DNA of 64,000 nucleotides from Gemmatimonadota bacterium. Its GTDB lineage: Bacteria; Gemmatimonadota; Gemmatimonadetes; JACCXV01; JAHWKZ01. The stretch covers positions 29,450 through 93,449 of the forward strand of contig JAWVZN010000001.1 in NCBI GenBank assembly GCA_033722155.1, read 5' to 3'. A program made the position numbers and the translations under genes. Positions 62,619 through 64,000 of this stretch are shown here, one piece after another. Below the pieces are notes generated by a model. It was not told the origin of the DNA. It was given only the letters and a program-made list of their open reading frames with translations, and did no database searches. Position 1 is the stretch's first letter. Each line of letters begins with the position of its first letter.

Positions 62619-63686
62619 TCCGGCCTCGATCCGCTCCGTCTGCTCGGCCAGCGCCAGCGCCTCGACGATCTCGTCCAGATCCCCGTCGAGCACCTGGTCC
62701 AGCTTGTAGAGGGTCAGGTTGATCCGGTGATCGGTGACCCGACCCTGGGGAAAGTTGTAGGTGCGGATCTTGGCGCTCCGGTCCCCGCTGCCGACCTGGG
62801 AGCGGCGCTCCTCCGCGCGCTCGGCCTGCTGCCGGGCGAGCTTCCGGTCGAGCAGCCGGCTCCGCAGCACCTTCAGCGCCTTCGCCTTGTTCTTGTGCTG
62901 GCTCTTCTCGTCCTGGCACTGCACGACCACCCCGGTGGGAACGTGGGTGATCCGGACCGCGGAGTCGGTGGTGTTCACGCTCTGGCCGCCCGGGCCCGAG
63001 GAGCGGTACACGTCGATCTTCAGATCGTTCTCGTCGAGGTCGACCTCGACGTCCTCGGCCTCGGGCAGCACCGCCACGGTGGCCGCCGAGGTGTGGATCC
63101 GTCCCTGGGACTCGGTCGCCGGGACCCGCTGGACCCGGTGGACACCGCTCTCGTGCTTCAACACGCCGTAGGCGTCCTCCCCGTGAACGAGCGCGACCGC
63201 CTCGCGGACCCCCCCGGTATCCGACTCCGAGAGGTCGATCAGTTCCAGCGACCAACCCCGCCGCTCGAGGTAGCGGACGTACATCCGGAGGAGGTCGGCG
63301 GCGAAGAGGGCCGCTTCCTCCCCGCCGGTGCCGGCCCGGATCTCGAGAACCGCGTCCTTCCGGTCGAGCGGATCGCGGGGAACGAGACTCCGTTTCAGCT
63401 CGCGCTCGACCCTCTCGAGATCCTCCTCCAGGCCGGCCACCTCCGCCCGGGCGAGCTCCTTGAGGTCGGGATCCTCCGCCTCCTCCAGCACGGCCCGATC
63501 CTCCCGCAGCCGGCGGCGGGTCTCCTCCCATCGATCGGCCACCTCCAGGACCGATTCGATCCGGGCGTGCTCCCGCCCGAGATCCCGCAGGAGATCCGGG
63601 TCCCTCGCCACCTCCGGCCGCGACATCTCGGCCTCGAGCTCCTCGCGCCGCTCCCGAAGCTCCTCGATTCTGGGGGTCAGCTCCAT
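62616..63686 (-). CDS. prfA: peptide chain release factor 1
   Basis: ...[21 protein letters not shown]...[24 protein letters not shown] (GGQ motif). Confidence 0.95.
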   Translation of the reverse strand: MELTPRIEELRERREELEAEMSRPEVARDPDLLRDLGREHARIESVLEVADRWEETRRRLREDRAVLEEAEDPDLKELARAEVAGLEEDLERVERELKRSLVPRDPLDRKDAVLEIRAGTGGEEAALFAADLLRMYVRYLERRGWSLELIDLSESDTGGVREAVALVHGEDAYGVLKHESGVHRVQRVPATESQGRIHTSAATVAVLPEAEDVEVDLDENDLKIDVYRSSGPGGQSVNTTDSAVRITHVPTGVVVQCQDEKSQHKNKAKALKVLRSRLLDRKLARQQAERAEERRSQVGSGDRSAKIRTYNFPQGRVTDHRINLTLYKLDQVLDGDLDEIVEALALAEQTERIEAG

Positions 63687-63740
63687 GAGATCGCGTCCCG
63701 GCTCCGGGGATGGGACCGGGAGAGCCGGGTCAAGAGGGGC

Positions 63741-64000
63741 TCACGCCTCCGCCCCGGCCTCGGCGGACTCCTCCTCGAACTCCGCGGCCTCCGCCTCCTC
63801 GACGGCCTCCCCGGGCTCGACGGCCTCCTCTCCCTCCTCTTCCTCGGCCAGGCCGTACTTGGCCCGGAACTTCTCCACCCGGCCGGCGGTGTCCACGAGC
63901 TTCTGCTTGCCGGTGAAGAAGGGGTGACAGCTCGAGCAGATCTCCACGTGGATCTCCTCGACGGTGGAACGGGTCTCGATCTCGTTTCCGCAGGCGCAGA
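63741..64000 (-). CDS. rpmE: 50S ribosomal protein L31. The N-terminus lies beyond the window end. It has an acidic C-terminal tail.
   Basis: The reverse complement of the window end reads [49 protein letters not shown], the L31 zinc-ribbon core. Confidence 0.8.
   Translation of the reverse strand, partial: CACGNEIETRSTVEEIHVEICSSCHPFFTGKQKLVDTAGRVEKFRAKYGLAEEEEGEEAVEPGEAVEEAEAAEFEEESAEAGAEA

Overview
This 64-kb window is a densely packed, high-GC (about 70%) bacterial chromosomal segment. About 85% of the genes lie on the minus strand, and it reads as core genome, not an accessory island. I found no integrase, transposase, CRISPR array or phage genes, although two tRNA genes are present.

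I recognise roughly 65 CDSs, three tRNAs (Gln-CTG, Val-CAC and a CAT-anticodon Met/Ile2) and an RNase P RNA (rnpB). Many long G/R-rich ORFs in the six-frame track are wrong-frame or antisense artefacts of the GC content. True N-termini are often GTG or TTG, and they frequently overlap the upstream stop codon as GTGA or ATGA.

Main gene blocks, in window order:
- kbl-tdh (threonine degradation), trxB, tRNA-Gln, ddl, suhB-like, proS.
- A periplasmic sugar dehydrogenase, selA, an Ig-like lipoprotein, valS.
- A NUDIX / MobB-like P-loop / rex operon with a canonical Rex operator, and a divergent MFS transporter.
- ksgA, STAS, aminotransferase, coaD, rsmD, recJ, rnpB, rnhA, a COG1579 zinc-ribbon protein, tRNA-Val, tRNA-Met.
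- rpoD, dnaG, mutS2.
- A small stress cluster: hsp20, cysteine-rich and zinc-ribbon mini-proteins, DUF2267, yigZ.
- glyA, rpiB.
- A long acyl-CoA operon: Leu/Val dehydrogenase, two acyl-CoA dehydrogenases, hbd, thiolase, a geranylgeranyl-reductase-family flavoprotein, an MBL hydrolase and a B12-binding mutase subunit.
- A CaCA antiporter, a PurD-like ATP-grasp paralog, CPBP protease, PadR, a serine hydrolase.
- A Tat-exported class-V PLP enzyme, an acyl-CoA mutase large subunit plus meaB, an outer-membrane beta-barrel, a coiled-coil protein and a sigma-54 two-component pair.
- rsmI, murA, prmC, prfA, rpmE.

The most interesting non-obvious signals are:
- A cluster of a repeated 16-bp near-palindromic motif upstream of proS.
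- A textbook Rex operator controlling a rex / P-loop / NUDIX operon.
- A perfect AT-rich palindrome embedded in a sigma70-like promoter in front of PadR.
- F/Q substrate-specificity residues showing that the mutase is isobutyryl-CoA-mutase-like, not methylmalonyl-CoA mutase. This suggests a valine-to-butyryl-CoA-to-acetyl-CoA route.
- An orphan selA translationally coupled to a periplasmic dehydrogenase.
- An 18-mer found twice at identical spacing from GTG starts.
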